Assembly: GCA_041572575.1 (NCBI GenBank) | Contig: JBFFSH010000075.1 | Span: forward strand, 1 to 12,699 | Direction: 5' to 3' | Length of the DNA stretch: 12,699 bases | DNA from: Thermodesulfobacteriota bacterium | GTDB lineage: Bacteria; Desulfobacterota_D; UBA1144; Nemesobacterales; N074bin48 | Shown: in pieces, positions 1 to 8,561 of the stretch | How positions within the stretch are numbered: position 1 is the first letter of the stretch | Layout of the letters: each line of letters begins with the position of its first letter | Position numbers and translations under genes: made by a program | The notes under the pieces: model-generated | Database searches by the model: none | Told to the model about the DNA's origin: nothing | The model's input: the letters and a program-made list of their open reading frames with translations, nothing else

Positions 1-1
1 A

Positions 2-292
2 AAGCTAAGGGGCGTGGATGATGATTTTAATGATAAAGCCGAGGATAGATATATTGTTATGCATGGGGCAGATTACGTATCTGAGGGATTTATAAAAGAA
101 CATGGAAGAATTGGAAGAAGCTGGGGATGTCCTGCTGTACCTAATGAAATAACATCGTCTTTAATTAATATTATTAAAGAGGGTAGCCCTGTATTTATAT
201 ATCATAACGATACAAAGTATTTGAATAGCTCTAAATACTTAAATACTAAAACCGCCTCCATAACTAATAGAAAAAGACATTCACTTCTCTAA
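2..292 (+). CDS. Murein L,D-transpeptidase catalytic-domain family protein (YkuD_2-like), 5'-truncated by the window edge
   Basis: Frame is open from base 2 (KLRGVDDDFNDKAEDRYIVMHGADY...GRIGRSWGCPAV); His...Cys catalytic signature HGA...GRSWGCPA. The GTG at 14 is probably internal. Confidence 0.88.
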   Translation, partial: KLRGVDDDFNDKAEDRYIVMHGADYVSEGFIKEHGRIGRSWGCPAVPNEITSSLINIIKEGSPVFIYHNDTKYLNSSKYLNTKTASITNRKRHSLL

Positions 293-304
293 ACCGTCAT
301 ACAA

Positions 305-1990
305 ATGACAAGGCAATCTTTAAACTATCTATTCGGAGCAACTATTTTATTTTTATGGTCTGCTGTCATTTTTTCATTGAATATAACTTGTGCGGGTCCG
401 ACACATACCAAGGGTTTTTCTATAAATGAGGGCATTGAGAAGAGCGTAGAACAGTTAAAGAAATTTAAAGCGCTAGAATACAAAGGACAATCCATATCAG
501 CCGTAAATGTAATACCCGCGTTTTATGAGAGAAGGAATTACTCTGCAGCCTGGGATAGCAAAAATATCAATGACCTGTTATATGTCATAAATGAAATTTA
601 TAAAGACGGCTTAAATCCATCTGATTATCATCTGGATTTGATATCAGAACTTAAGGGGTTGCTTTCGGAAAATAGACAAAAAGACACGCAGAGGCATGCT
701 CTGTTTGATATTTTTTTAACAGATTCGCTGCTGCGTCTTAGTTACCATATAGTTGTTGGTAAAGTAGACCCGGAGAGGCTCGATCCTAACTGGAATCTTG
801 CCTATGATTTAAATTATACTGTGCCAGAGGTTACAATTCAGCAGGTTCTTGATTCTCACAATATCATCGGATTCATAGATGACTTGAAGCCCGATCACTT
901 TTATTACCTGAGAATGAAAAAAGCGCTTGCTCACTACAGGGATTTAAAACATAAGGGCGGCTGGAATGTAGTATCGGTAGGTCCTACTCTAAAACTCGGG
1001 ATGACCGATAACAGAGTGGTTGAGCTTAGAAAAAGGCTTCTTGTCACTGCCGACCTAGAAGCTTATATCCCAGAAGATGAGAGAACATTTGATACCAAGC
1101 TTGAGCAGGGTGTAAAAGAGTTTCAAAGAAGGCATGGTCTAATCGTCGATGGACTTGTAGGTAAAAATATTTCCAAAGCCCTCAATGTTTCAGTAGACCA
1201 GAGAATAGATCAGATACGTGTGAATCTAGAAAGAGCAAGGTGGGTACTCCGAAATCTACCCCCGGAATTTATAATCATAAACATAGCCGGCTTTACGGTG
1301 TTCTTAGTAAAAAATGGCGAGTCGGTCTGGAGATCTAAGGTAGTAGTTGGCAAAACATACCGCAAAACACCTGTATTTAAGGCAGAGATGATGTATATAG
1401 ATTTTAATCCAACCTGGACCGTACCACCCATAATACTCAGAAATGATATACTGCCAGAAGTAAAAAAAGATCCGGTTTATCTCCAGAAAAAAAGAATTAG
1501 GGTACTGAGTAAGACTGGCCAAGAGATACCTCAGGACACTATCAACTGGTCTCGGTATTCTGCTTTGAATTTTCCATATATTTTGAGACAAGACCCTGGG
1601 CCGGATAATGGGCTTGGTGTGGTTAAGTTTATGTTTCCGAATAAACACTTTGTTTTTCTTCACGATACCCCCAGCAAGTCCTTATTTGAAAAGGATATTA
1701 GGACTTTTAGCTCCGGGTGTATAAGGGTGCAAAATCCCCTTGAACTTGCCGAGCTGTTACTGAGTGATCAAGAGTACTGGAATAGAGAAGCAATAGAAAA
1801 AGTGGTAGCCTGGGGGAAAACCAAAACCGTACATTTAAAAAAACCAATCCCGGTTCTTGTTCTCTACTGGACTTCCAGAGTTGACCAAGAAGGAAAGGTT
1901 CAGTTTTTACCAGATGTTTACAACAGAGATCAAGAGGTTTTGCGTGAATTAGATGCAGAGTTTAAGGTAAGAAAAAGAGACGTACAGTAA
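305..1990 (+). CDS. ldtD: YcbB/LdtD-type L,D-transpeptidase (scaffold, PG-binding and YkuD domains)
   Basis: 561 aa; N-terminal hydrophobic signal; PG-binding motif VKEFQRRHGLIVDGLVG; NLERARW, INIAGF, FNPTWTVP, LRQDPGPDNGLGVVKFMFPN; catalytic HDTP...FSSGCIRV. Confidence 0.9.
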   Translation: MTRQSLNYLFGATILFLWSAVIFSLNITCAGPTHTKGFSINEGIEKSVEQLKKFKALEYKGQSISAVNVIPAFYERRNYSAAWDSKNINDLLYVINEIYKDGLNPSDYHLDLISELKGLLSENRQKDTQRHALFDIFLTDSLLRLSYHIVVGKVDPERLDPNWNLAYDLNYTVPEVTIQQVLDSHNIIGFIDDLKPDHFYYLRMKKALAHYRDLKHKGGWNVVSVGPTLKLGMTDNRVVELRKRLLVTADLEAYIPEDERTFDTKLEQGVKEFQRRHGLIVDGLVGKNISKALNVSVDQRIDQIRVNLERARWVLRNLPPEFIIINIAGFTVFLVKNGESVWRSKVVVGKTYRKTPVFKAEMMYIDFNPTWTVPPIILRNDILPEVKKDPVYLQKKRIRVLSKTGQEIPQDTINWSRYSALNFPYILRQDPGPDNGLGVVKFMFPNKHFVFLHDTPSKSLFEKDIRTFSSGCIRVQNPLELAELLLSDQEYWNREAIEKVVAWGKTKTVHLKKPIPVLVLYWTSRVDQEGKVQFLPDVYNRDQEVLRELDAEFKVRKRDVQ

Positions 1991-2020
1991 TTGCCTTACG
2001 ATCTTTCATTGCTTTATAAT
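1991..2020 (+). promoter_or_regulatory. Possible sigma70 promoter for the YceI gene
   Basis: TTGCCT (1991-1996), 18-nt spacer, TATAAT (2015-2020). AT-rich context lowers specificity. Confidence 0.35.
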
Positions 2021-2204
2021 ATCTGAACACAGATACATAAATCCATTTCTTTGCCCCTTTACCTAAAAAATAAGTGGACAAGAAAGTTAGTATCAAGAAT
2101 TATTGATCGTTGAACCGTGATTTACAAGCTCTATTAATAAATGGTTGAAAATTGAAATATTTTCGTTAACTTTTAATTCAATAAAATTATTGGGAGGAAT
2201 AACT

Positions 2205-2750
2205 ATGAAATATCTATTTATACTTTTTAGCCTGTTTTTTGTAACATTAGGAAATGCTGCCCAGGTTGATCTCAAGGGAAGTGAGTTTGGATGGTATGGC
2301 TCAAAAATCGGGGGTGAACATTTTGGCAAAATAATGATTAAGGAAGCAACATTAAACGAAACTTACGGAAAAGTAACTGGCGGCGAGTTTGTTATGGATA
2401 TGAGCAGTATTACTGTTGAGAATATCGATTCTCCAAAGTATGAGAAGAAGTTTTTAGATCACATGAAAAGCATCGATTTTTTTGATACAGCTAATTATCC
2501 AACAACGACGTTAAAGATAAACAAAATAGATGGTAATAATGTTGAAGGTACTTTAACCATCAGGGGTAAAACTCATCCTGTAGCTTTTCCAATTGAGAGG
2601 AAAGGTGAAATAGTTTTTGGAAAAATGACTTTTGACCGCACAAAATATGATATTATATATAAATCAAAAAATTTCTTTGAAAATCTTGGTGATAAGATCA
2701 TTCATGATGAAGTAGTACTTAATTTTAAGGTTAAGCTTGTTGAGGGGTAA
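2205..2750 (+). CDS. YceI-family periplasmic lipid/polyisoprenoid-binding protein
   Basis: SD GGAGGA (2193-2198) precedes ATG 2205, preferred over TTG 2145; signal peptide; motifs S..GWYGSK...H.G, DMSSI, HMKSIDFFDTANYP, GTLTIRGKTHPV, FDRTKYDI. Confidence 0.9.
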   Translation: MKYLFILFSLFFVTLGNAAQVDLKGSEFGWYGSKIGGEHFGKIMIKEATLNETYGKVTGGEFVMDMSSITVENIDSPKYEKKFLDHMKSIDFFDTANYPTTTLKINKIDGNNVEGTLTIRGKTHPVAFPIERKGEIVFGKMTFDRTKYDIIYKSKNFFENLGDKIIHDEVVLNFKVKLVEG

Positions 2751-2838
2751 GTTTATTAACTTACACTTTCAGAATAGGATCAATATTATTCGACATCAGG
2801 GGTTAAAAATTAATGGATAGGTGCGGTTTTAGATAATT

Positions 2839-3174
2839 TTACAAACCAAACTTCTTACCAATACTCTCATATACTTCATTAAAATCATCTGGTGTTTTAA
2901 CCAGTTCAATACCTATTCTAAAGGTCTTGTTATCTTGATTTTTTGTACACCATGCTACTCTACCCTCGAGTTCGCAAAGTTTTTCAGAATCAACAAGAAA
3001 TCTGGATATAGTCTCTGTACCTGCAGGAATATCAATATCTGTTGAAATGCAAACACCTGTCTCGGATATATTAATAAGTGTGTCCCTGCAGTACTGACCG
3101 GCATTGCCAATTAATTCAATTTCATTTTGATATGGAAGCCGTCTGGATGCTCTTTTTTTATTGACCTTATCCAT
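2839..3174 (-). CDS. Single-domain PilZ protein (c-di-GMP receptor)
   Basis: 111 aa with RxxxR (KRASRR) and D/NxSxxG (INISETG) motifs, plus GRVAW and IGIE beta strands. Confidence 0.88.
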   Translation of the reverse strand: MDKVNKKRASRRLPYQNEIELIGNAGQYCRDTLINISETGVCISTDIDIPAGTETISRFLVDSEKLCELEGRVAWCTKNQDNKTFRIGIELVKTPDDFNEVYESIGKKFGL

Positions 3175-3291
3175 AACTTATATCCGATTATAAAGTATAT
3201 AGTAAATTCCTCTACATTTACAACAAATCAAAATAAGTAACAAATTATTTCTATTATAAATATGTAAAACTTAATGTATTTTCTAATAAAT

Positions 3292-3323
3292 ATTATATCT
3301 ATCTATGTATAGATAGATATAAT
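3292..3323. repeat. Perfect inverted repeat with 15-bp arms and 2-nt spacer; possible terminator or operator
   Basis: ATTATATCTATCTAT-GT-ATAGATAGATATAAT, 11 nt past the M23 stop and upstream of pilZ. Confidence 0.8.
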
Positions 3324-3334
3324 TCAAATGATTA

Positions 3335-4171
3335 TTACAAATCTAATTCATAAAGCGATTCTGGATTAATGCTCTCACCATAAAGCTTCACGCTTAAATG
3401 CAGATGCGGACCACTCGCACGACCTGTACTGCCAACAAGGCCGATTATATCCCCCTTATTTATCTGATCACCACTTCTAGCACTTGTTTTTGATAAATGT
3501 AAATAAACTGAATAAAGACCAAGACCATGATTTATAACGACAGTGTTACCACCATAAAATTGATTATCTGTTAATTCAACAATTCCGCTATTAATTGATT
3601 TTATAGGTGTGCCTGTTTTTCCTCTATAATCTGTACCCCTATGCCTACTTTCTTTCTTTTTATTAATTATCCGTTTAACACCAAACTGAGAGGTTATTTC
3701 GCTGTCTATAGGTCTAATAAACTGGCCTTTCCATAATGGATTGGGTGTGACCTCATTCCAGATAGATTTAAGAAGAGCAGATTCTTCATTGGCTCTTTTC
3801 TCATCCTCCGGACTAAGGAATACTTTTTCAGATTTTAAAGTAATTTGCTTTACAGGAAATACTTTGTGCTTAACTTTTATATTGTATGTCTTTGTAATAT
3901 CGCCATTATTAATATTTAGGGGATAGTTACCGGGCATTGTATTAATATCGATAAAACAAAGTGCTTTATAAATACCCTCGCTTAAATAAAAATTTATAGA
4001 TTGCCCCTGAAACAAGGCACTTGGTATGTTGTGTGAATCTATGTTTATTACAAAGACGTCTCCAGGGTATAGGTTTTCAGGCTGGATAGATATAGTTACT
4101 TTTTCAGCAGAAATTAAGGGTAATAAGTACAAATACAGAACTAATGGTAGAATATAAATATATTTATACAT
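3335..4171 (-). CDS. M23-family metalloendopeptidase (murein DD-endopeptidase-like)
   Basis: 278 aa; signal peptide; Zn ligands HRGTD (HxxxD) and GPHLH (HxH); also YSVYLHLS and IGLVGSTGRASG. Confidence 0.93.
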   Translation of the reverse strand: MYKYIYILPLVLYLYLLPLISAEKVTISIQPENLYPGDVFVINIDSHNIPSALFQGQSINFYLSEGIYKALCFIDINTMPGNYPLNINNGDITKTYNIKVKHKVFPVKQITLKSEKVFLSPEDEKRANEESALLKSIWNEVTPNPLWKGQFIRPIDSEITSQFGVKRIINKKKESRHRGTDYRGKTGTPIKSINSGIVELTDNQFYGGNTVVINHGLGLYSVYLHLSKTSARSGDQINKGDIIGLVGSTGRASGPHLHLSVKLYGESINPESLYELDL

Positions 4172-4193
4172 ACATTTATAATACTTATCCTAT
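4172..4193. promoter_or_regulatory. Putative bidirectional promoter with overlapping -10 elements (M23 / iscS)
   Basis: 22-bp divergent gap; TATAAT on + (4177-4182) and TATTAT on - (4183-4178); no SD for either gene. Confidence 0.55.
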
Positions 4194-5348
4194 ATGAATA
4201 AAAAAGTATATTTAGATTATAATGCTACAACACCTGTAGATCCAAGGGTTTTGGAGGTAATGATACCATATATGAAGGATATGTATGGAAATCCTTCCAG
4301 TGTGCATTCATTCGGTGGAGACTCAAAGGCTGCGCTTGATGATGCAAGGGAACAGGTGGCAGAACTCATAGGTGCAAGACAGAGAGATATCTATTTTACT
4401 ACAGGTGGCAGTGAGAGTAATAATTTTGCTATTAAAGGTATAGCCTATCAGTTAAAAGATAAAGGTAGGCATTTAATCACAACTCAGGTTGAGCACGCAT
4501 CAGTTTTAGAGACCTTTAAGTATCTGGAATCTGAAGGATATAAAGTTATCTATCTACCTATAGATAGGGATGGAATGCTTGATTTGGATGAACTACGAGA
4601 TGTGATTTGTGAAGATACTATTCTTGTGTCCATTATATATGCAAATAATGAAACCGGAGTGATCTTTCCACTAGATCAGATTTCAGAGATTACAAAAGAA
4701 CAGGGAGTTTTACTTCACACAGATGCTGTACAGGCAGTGGGAAAGATAGAGATAAATCTGAAAGAATTACCAGTTGATTTGTTATCTTTATCCTCACATA
4801 AGCTTTACGGACCTAAGGGAGCCGGAGCATTGTACATGAGAAAAGGGGTAGATCTGAGTCCACTCATACACGGCGGTGGTCAGGAAAGAGGTAAGCGCTC
4901 CGGGACAGAGAATGTTCCCGCAATTGCCGGATTTGGAAAAGCTGCAGAGCTTATTATAGATGATATAGAAGCAGAAAATAACAGACTTTCTGCACTTAGG
5001 GATAAACTACATAAAAAAATAACAAATAGTATCGATGGAGTGAGCTTAAACGGCCACTTAGAAAACAGACTTTCGAATACTCTTAACCTAAACTTTGATA
5101 ACACAGAAGGTGAATCACTGGTTATGAATCTCGACATTGAAGGAGTAGCGGTTTCCACAGGTTCAGCATGCTCTGAGGGAAATGTAGACCCATCTCATGT
5201 GCTCCTTGCAATGGGGCTTACAAAAGAACAAGCCATTTCATCCCTACGTTTCAGCTTCGGCAGGTTTTCAAAAGAGAGCGATATTGATCTTGTATTAGAT
5301 AAACTTCCCGCAATTGTAGAACGCATAAGATATATTAACAAAACTTAA
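4194..5348 (+). CDS. iscS: Cysteine desulfurase, IscS/NifS group (PLP-dependent)
   Basis: YLDYNATTP, YGNPSSVH, GGSESNN, NNETG, HTDAVQ, PLP Lys in SSHKLYGPKG, GGGQE..RSGTEN, catalytic STGSACS, SLRFSFGR. Confidence 0.93.
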   Translation: MNKKVYLDYNATTPVDPRVLEVMIPYMKDMYGNPSSVHSFGGDSKAALDDAREQVAELIGARQRDIYFTTGGSESNNFAIKGIAYQLKDKGRHLITTQVEHASVLETFKYLESEGYKVIYLPIDRDGMLDLDELRDVICEDTILVSIIYANNETGVIFPLDQISEITKEQGVLLHTDAVQAVGKIEINLKELPVDLLSLSSHKLYGPKGAGALYMRKGVDLSPLIHGGGQERGKRSGTENVPAIAGFGKAAELIIDDIEAENNRLSALRDKLHKKITNSIDGVSLNGHLENRLSNTLNLNFDNTEGESLVMNLDIEGVAVSTGSACSEGNVDPSHVLLAMGLTKEQAISSLRFSFGRFSKESDIDLVLDKLPAIVERIRYINKT

Positions 5349-6388
5349 GGAAAAACCGGTACTAGGTTAATTCCTGTATCTTCAGGGTATCCCATCATCA
5401 GATTCATATTCTGCACTGCCTGGCCAGAAGCGCCTTTTACAAGGTTATCGATAACTGAAACTAAGATTGCCTTATTCTGAGCAGGGATAACCTTACACCC
5501 TATATCACAGAAATTAGAACCGCGCACCTGATGTGTGGAAGGATAGACGCCTTCTGGCATTATCCTTACAAACTTTTCTATGCGGTAAAATTTCTTATAA
5601 ACATCAAGCAGGTCAGTTGTTTCCATTTTCTTATTAAGGTCTACATATATTGTAGACAGTATTCCCCTGTCCATAGGGATAAGGTGTGGAGTGAAATTTA
5701 ATAAGACTCTTTTATGAGAATACTTTGATAGCACTTCAGTAATTTCAGGCATATGCCTGTGCTCTCCGATCTTGTATGCTTTAAGACCTTCGTTTACTTC
5801 ACAAAAATTATAATCAAGAGCAGCTGAACGACCGGCTCCTGAAACCCCTGATTTGGAATCAATGATAATAGTGTTCTGTTTTATTAAATTGTTCTTAAGA
5901 AGAGGAGCTAGAGGAAGGGTGGATGATGTAGGGTAACATCCCGGGTTTGCTATTATTTTAGCTCTCTTGATCTTTGCCCTATGAAGCTCCGGTAGACCAT
6001 ACACTGCTTTATCAATAAGCTCAGGGCAAGGGTGCTCACCGTACCATTTTTTATAAACATTATGGCTAATTCTGAAATCCGCCCCAAGGTCGACAACTTT
6101 TATTCCTTTTTCATATAGATGCTTTACAACGTTTCCCGAAGTTCCGTGCGGTAAAGCCGTAAAAGCAAAATCTATATTTTTAGGAATTCTATCAAGCTGC
6201 AGAGGATGAAGTTTTATGTCTAAAATGTCCCTAAAAGTAGGGAGCACATCTGAAAGATTTTTTCCTACACTCCTGTCAGCTGTGAGATGAGTTATCTCGA
6301 CATGGGGATGATTTACTAAAAACCTGAGCAGTTCACCACCTGTATATCCGCTTGCTCCCAATATTGCTACATTGATTTTCTTAGCCAT
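5345..6388 (-). CDS. argC: N-acetyl-gamma-glutamyl-phosphate reductase
   Basis: GASGYTGGEL, ALPHG, DLGADFR, YGLPE, catalytic IANPGCYPT, SGVSGAGR, HRH.PEI, DNLVKGASGQAVQNMN. Its stop overlaps the iscS stop (TTAA 5345-5348). Confidence 0.97.
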   Translation of the reverse strand: MAKKINVAILGASGYTGGELLRFLVNHPHVEITHLTADRSVGKNLSDVLPTFRDILDIKLHPLQLDRIPKNIDFAFTALPHGTSGNVVKHLYEKGIKVVDLGADFRISHNVYKKWYGEHPCPELIDKAVYGLPELHRAKIKRAKIIANPGCYPTSSTLPLAPLLKNNLIKQNTIIIDSKSGVSGAGRSAALDYNFCEVNEGLKAYKIGEHRHMPEITEVLSKYSHKRVLLNFTPHLIPMDRGILSTIYVDLNKKMETTDLLDVYKKFYRIEKFVRIMPEGVYPSTHQVRGSNFCDIGCKVIPAQNKAILVSVIDNLVKGASGQAVQNMNLMMGYPEDTGINLVPVFP

Positions 6389-6397
6389 TATACGATC

Positions 6398-6426
6398 AAG
6401 CTATCAGGTAAATGGACGGTTTTCAA
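6398..6426 (-). promoter_or_regulatory. Putative sigma70 promoter of argC (near-leaderless)
   Basis: Minus strand TTGAAA (6426-6421), 17 nt, TAGCTT (6403-6398) with TGn extension; 9 nt to ATG; no SD. Confidence 0.5.
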
Positions 6427-6537
6427 CTGCTTAGTTTAACAAATAATAAATCCGCAGTATGTAAATAGAATGAAAAGTGTAAGATGAATACAGCTATAAA
6501 AGTATATTTATAAAAAATACAGAAATTATTCTGAAGC

Positions 6538-7353
6538 CTATTTTTCAGCTTCAGCCAAAATCTCTACATTCATTTCTTCTTTTAGCTTTTCAATTATTGA
6601 TTCATATTCATTATCGGCTTTTTCTTTTATAAGAAAAATTGCGATGGTGTCTTTTAAGTCATCAAAACCGGGCTCTGACTTATTTATAACCTTTTGCACT
6701 ATGAACTGACTGCCTGAGTTAATAACCTGACTTACCTGACCAAGATCAACTGCTTCATTAAACACTCTTACTACATTAGAAGTCTGGTTGAATGCTACTG
6801 TTGCTCCTTGTTCTGTCGTGTTTAACTGAACGATCTGTTTAAAATCTGTACCTTTAAGAGCTTCTTTTCTTACCTCTTCGGCCAAGTCTCTGGTTGCCGT
6901 TATAAGTTCTTCTACTTCAACAAGAGTATATTCATGCTTGTGATTGTTGTAGTAATCAACAGTTTCCTGATCGGTAACTTTTGGTTCAATGCCTCTTCTA
7001 AGCTCGTCCTTGATCATTTTAAGAACAAGGTTTCTTTCATATTTGGTAACTTTTGGTTCTACAACCTTATCAAACCCTTTTTCCACTCCAACCTGATAGA
7101 GAACCTCATTTTTTACAGTCAGATCAATATTTCCATTTTCCAGGTCTTCAGCATAAATCTCTATGCCGTCAACCACTGCAACAGGATTTCTTGTCGATTT
7201 TGGTCTTTTTACTAATGCTTTTTTTGCAGCTTCTTTTTTAGCAAAATGATGTTGGCTCTGTAGGTCTTTTTCTGTGTATTTAGGCTCTTCTTCCTTAGAG
7301 CATGCAGAGAATAAAACTGGTAATAATAAAAGTGCTAAAATTAGTTTGTTCAT
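6538..7353 (-). CDS. Lipoprotein, PpiC/PrsA/SurA-like foldase with divergent parvulin domain
   Basis: SD GAGGAG; lipobox LFSAC; VAVVDG.EI, VTDQET.DYYNNHK.EY, KGTDFKQI, LGQVSQVI, FDDLKDTI pattern typical of PrsA/PpiC-type proteins. Confidence 0.7.
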   Translation of the reverse strand: MNKLILALLLLPVLFSACSKEEEPKYTEKDLQSQHHFAKKEAAKKALVKRPKSTRNPVAVVDGIEIYAEDLENGNIDLTVKNEVLYQVGVEKGFDKVVEPKVTKYERNLVLKMIKDELRRGIEPKVTDQETVDYYNNHKHEYTLVEVEELITATRDLAEEVRKEALKGTDFKQIVQLNTTEQGATVAFNQTSNVVRVFNEAVDLGQVSQVINSGSQFIVQKVINKSEPGFDDLKDTIAIFLIKEKADNEYESIIEKLKEEMNVEILAEAEK

Positions 7354-7528
7354 TTTAAAAATCTCCTCAAATTTAAAAATTTTTTCTATTTTCCCTTTAA
7401 ATATATATTAGTCAAGAAAGGTTTAGCACTGTGTTTAATTCATTTCAAAACCCCTCCCAACACCACTGTTAATTATATATCAAATTTTATTGGAATCTAC
7501 TATTAATTTTTGATAGTCTAATTATGTT

Positions 7529-7936
7529 ATGGATAGCGCAGAATTATGGTTAACTCCACTACTTCTTGTTCCGGGTGTGGCACTGCTTGTAATGTCTACG
7601 TCAAGCAGATTTGCACAGGTTCATTCTGAAATACATGATCTTGCAAGTCATAAACATGATCATGATATTTATAAACTGGCCATGAATCTGGATAAACGAG
7701 CCGTTATTTTTAGAAATGCACTTGTAAGCCTGTATTTAAGCATTACATTTCTAGCAATAGCAAGCCTGGTAGGTGGTATTGCAGTTATATGGTTGGGAGA
7801 TTTATTTTATTTTGTAATGGGTCTTAGCTGTCTTGGCATTGTATGCCTGGTTTTTGCGGCAATTGAGCTAATAAGAGAATCGATGATTACACTGGAAGTT
7901 ATAAAAGAACATTGTCATCAGATTGAAAAGGAGTAA
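7529..7936 (+). CDS. Small membrane protein, DUF2721-like
   Basis: 135 aa; three hydrophobic segments; TP.LL.PGVALL..STS.R N-terminus and LIRES C-terminal pattern recalled for DUF2721. Confidence 0.65.
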   Translation: MDSAELWLTPLLLVPGVALLVMSTSSRFAQVHSEIHDLASHKHDHDIYKLAMNLDKRAVIFRNALVSLYLSITFLAIASLVGGIAVIWLGDLFYFVMGLSCLGIVCLVFAAIELIRESMITLEVIKEHCHQIEKE

Positions 7937-7950
7937 AAACAATTTATAAT
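7923..7950 (+). promoter_or_regulatory. Putative promoter giving a leaderless bolA-grxD transcript
   Basis: TTGAAA (7923-7928), 16 nt, TATAAT (7945-7950), then 7 nt to bolA ATG 7958; no properly spaced SD. Confidence 0.5.
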
Positions 7951-7957
7951 TGCTTTC

Positions 7958-8197
7958 ATGGATCCTGAAAAAGTAAAAGAACTTATTGAAAACGGCATGA
8001 ATGCAGAGCATGTTGCAGTAGAAGGTGACGGAGCACATTTTGAAGCGGTAATTGTCTCTGACCTATTTGAGGGTAAAACACTAATACAAAGACATCAGGT
8101 AGTTTATAGAGCTCTTGGTGATGCAATGAAAGAGGATATCCATGCTCTTTCGATGAAAACCTATACCCCTCAGCAGTGGCAGGATATGAGAAATTAA
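7958..8197 (+). CDS. bolA: BolA/IbaG-family protein
   Basis: 79 aa; GDGAHF, IVS..FEGK..IQRHQ.VY..L, IHALSMKTYTP. Confidence 0.93.
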   Translation: MDPEKVKELIENGMNAEHVAVEGDGAHFEAVIVSDLFEGKTLIQRHQVVYRALGDAMKEDIHALSMKTYTPQQWQDMRN

Positions 8198-8218
8198 ATT
8201 TAAGATAGGAGTAATAAT

Positions 8219-8536
8219 ATGTCAGATATTCAACAATCTATTAAAAAGCAGATAGATGATAATAAAGTCATTCTTTTTATGAAAGGCAACAAACAAGCCC
8301 CTCAGTGCGGCTTCTCTGCACAGGTGGTACAAATATTAAATTCATATGACGTTCCTTATGAGACTGTCGATGTTTTGCTCGATCCTGAAATCAGGCAGGG
8401 AATAAAAGATTTTTCCAACTGGCCAACAATCCCTCAGCTCTATGTAAACGGTGAATTTATTGGCGGCTGTGATATCTGCACAGAGATGTTTCAAAATGGC
8501 GAGCTGGAAACAGTAGTAAAATCTGCTGCTGAGTAA
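8219..8536 (+). CDS. grxD: Monothiol glutaredoxin Grx4
   Basis: [45 protein letters not shown]. Confidence 0.96.
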   Translation: MSDIQQSIKKQIDDNKVILFMKGNKQAPQCGFSAQVVQILNSYDVPYETVDVLLDPEIRQGIKDFSNWPTIPQLYVNGEFIGGCDICTEMFQNGELETVVKSAAE

Positions 8537-8561
8537 GAAACAATCTGTTTTATAATATTAT

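Noticed and set aside
2..1990. Tandem L,D-transpeptidase genes as a novel system
   Set aside because: YkuD_2-type and YcbB-type genes are commonly adjacent; ordinary peptidoglycan remodelling.
2147..2164. Fur-box-like dyad GAAAAT-N6-ATTTTC upstream of yceI
   Set aside because: Spacer is one base off the Fur consensus and such dyads are common in AT-rich DNA.
5345..5348. Overlapping convergent stops of iscS and argC
   Set aside because: Shared TTAA stops are common in compact genomes and imply no functional link.
7492..7521. ECF/sigmaE-like promoter GGAATCT...GTCTAA before the DUF2721-like gene
   Set aside because: Spacing is about 2 nt longer than sigmaE-type promoters, and a sigma70 reading fits as well.
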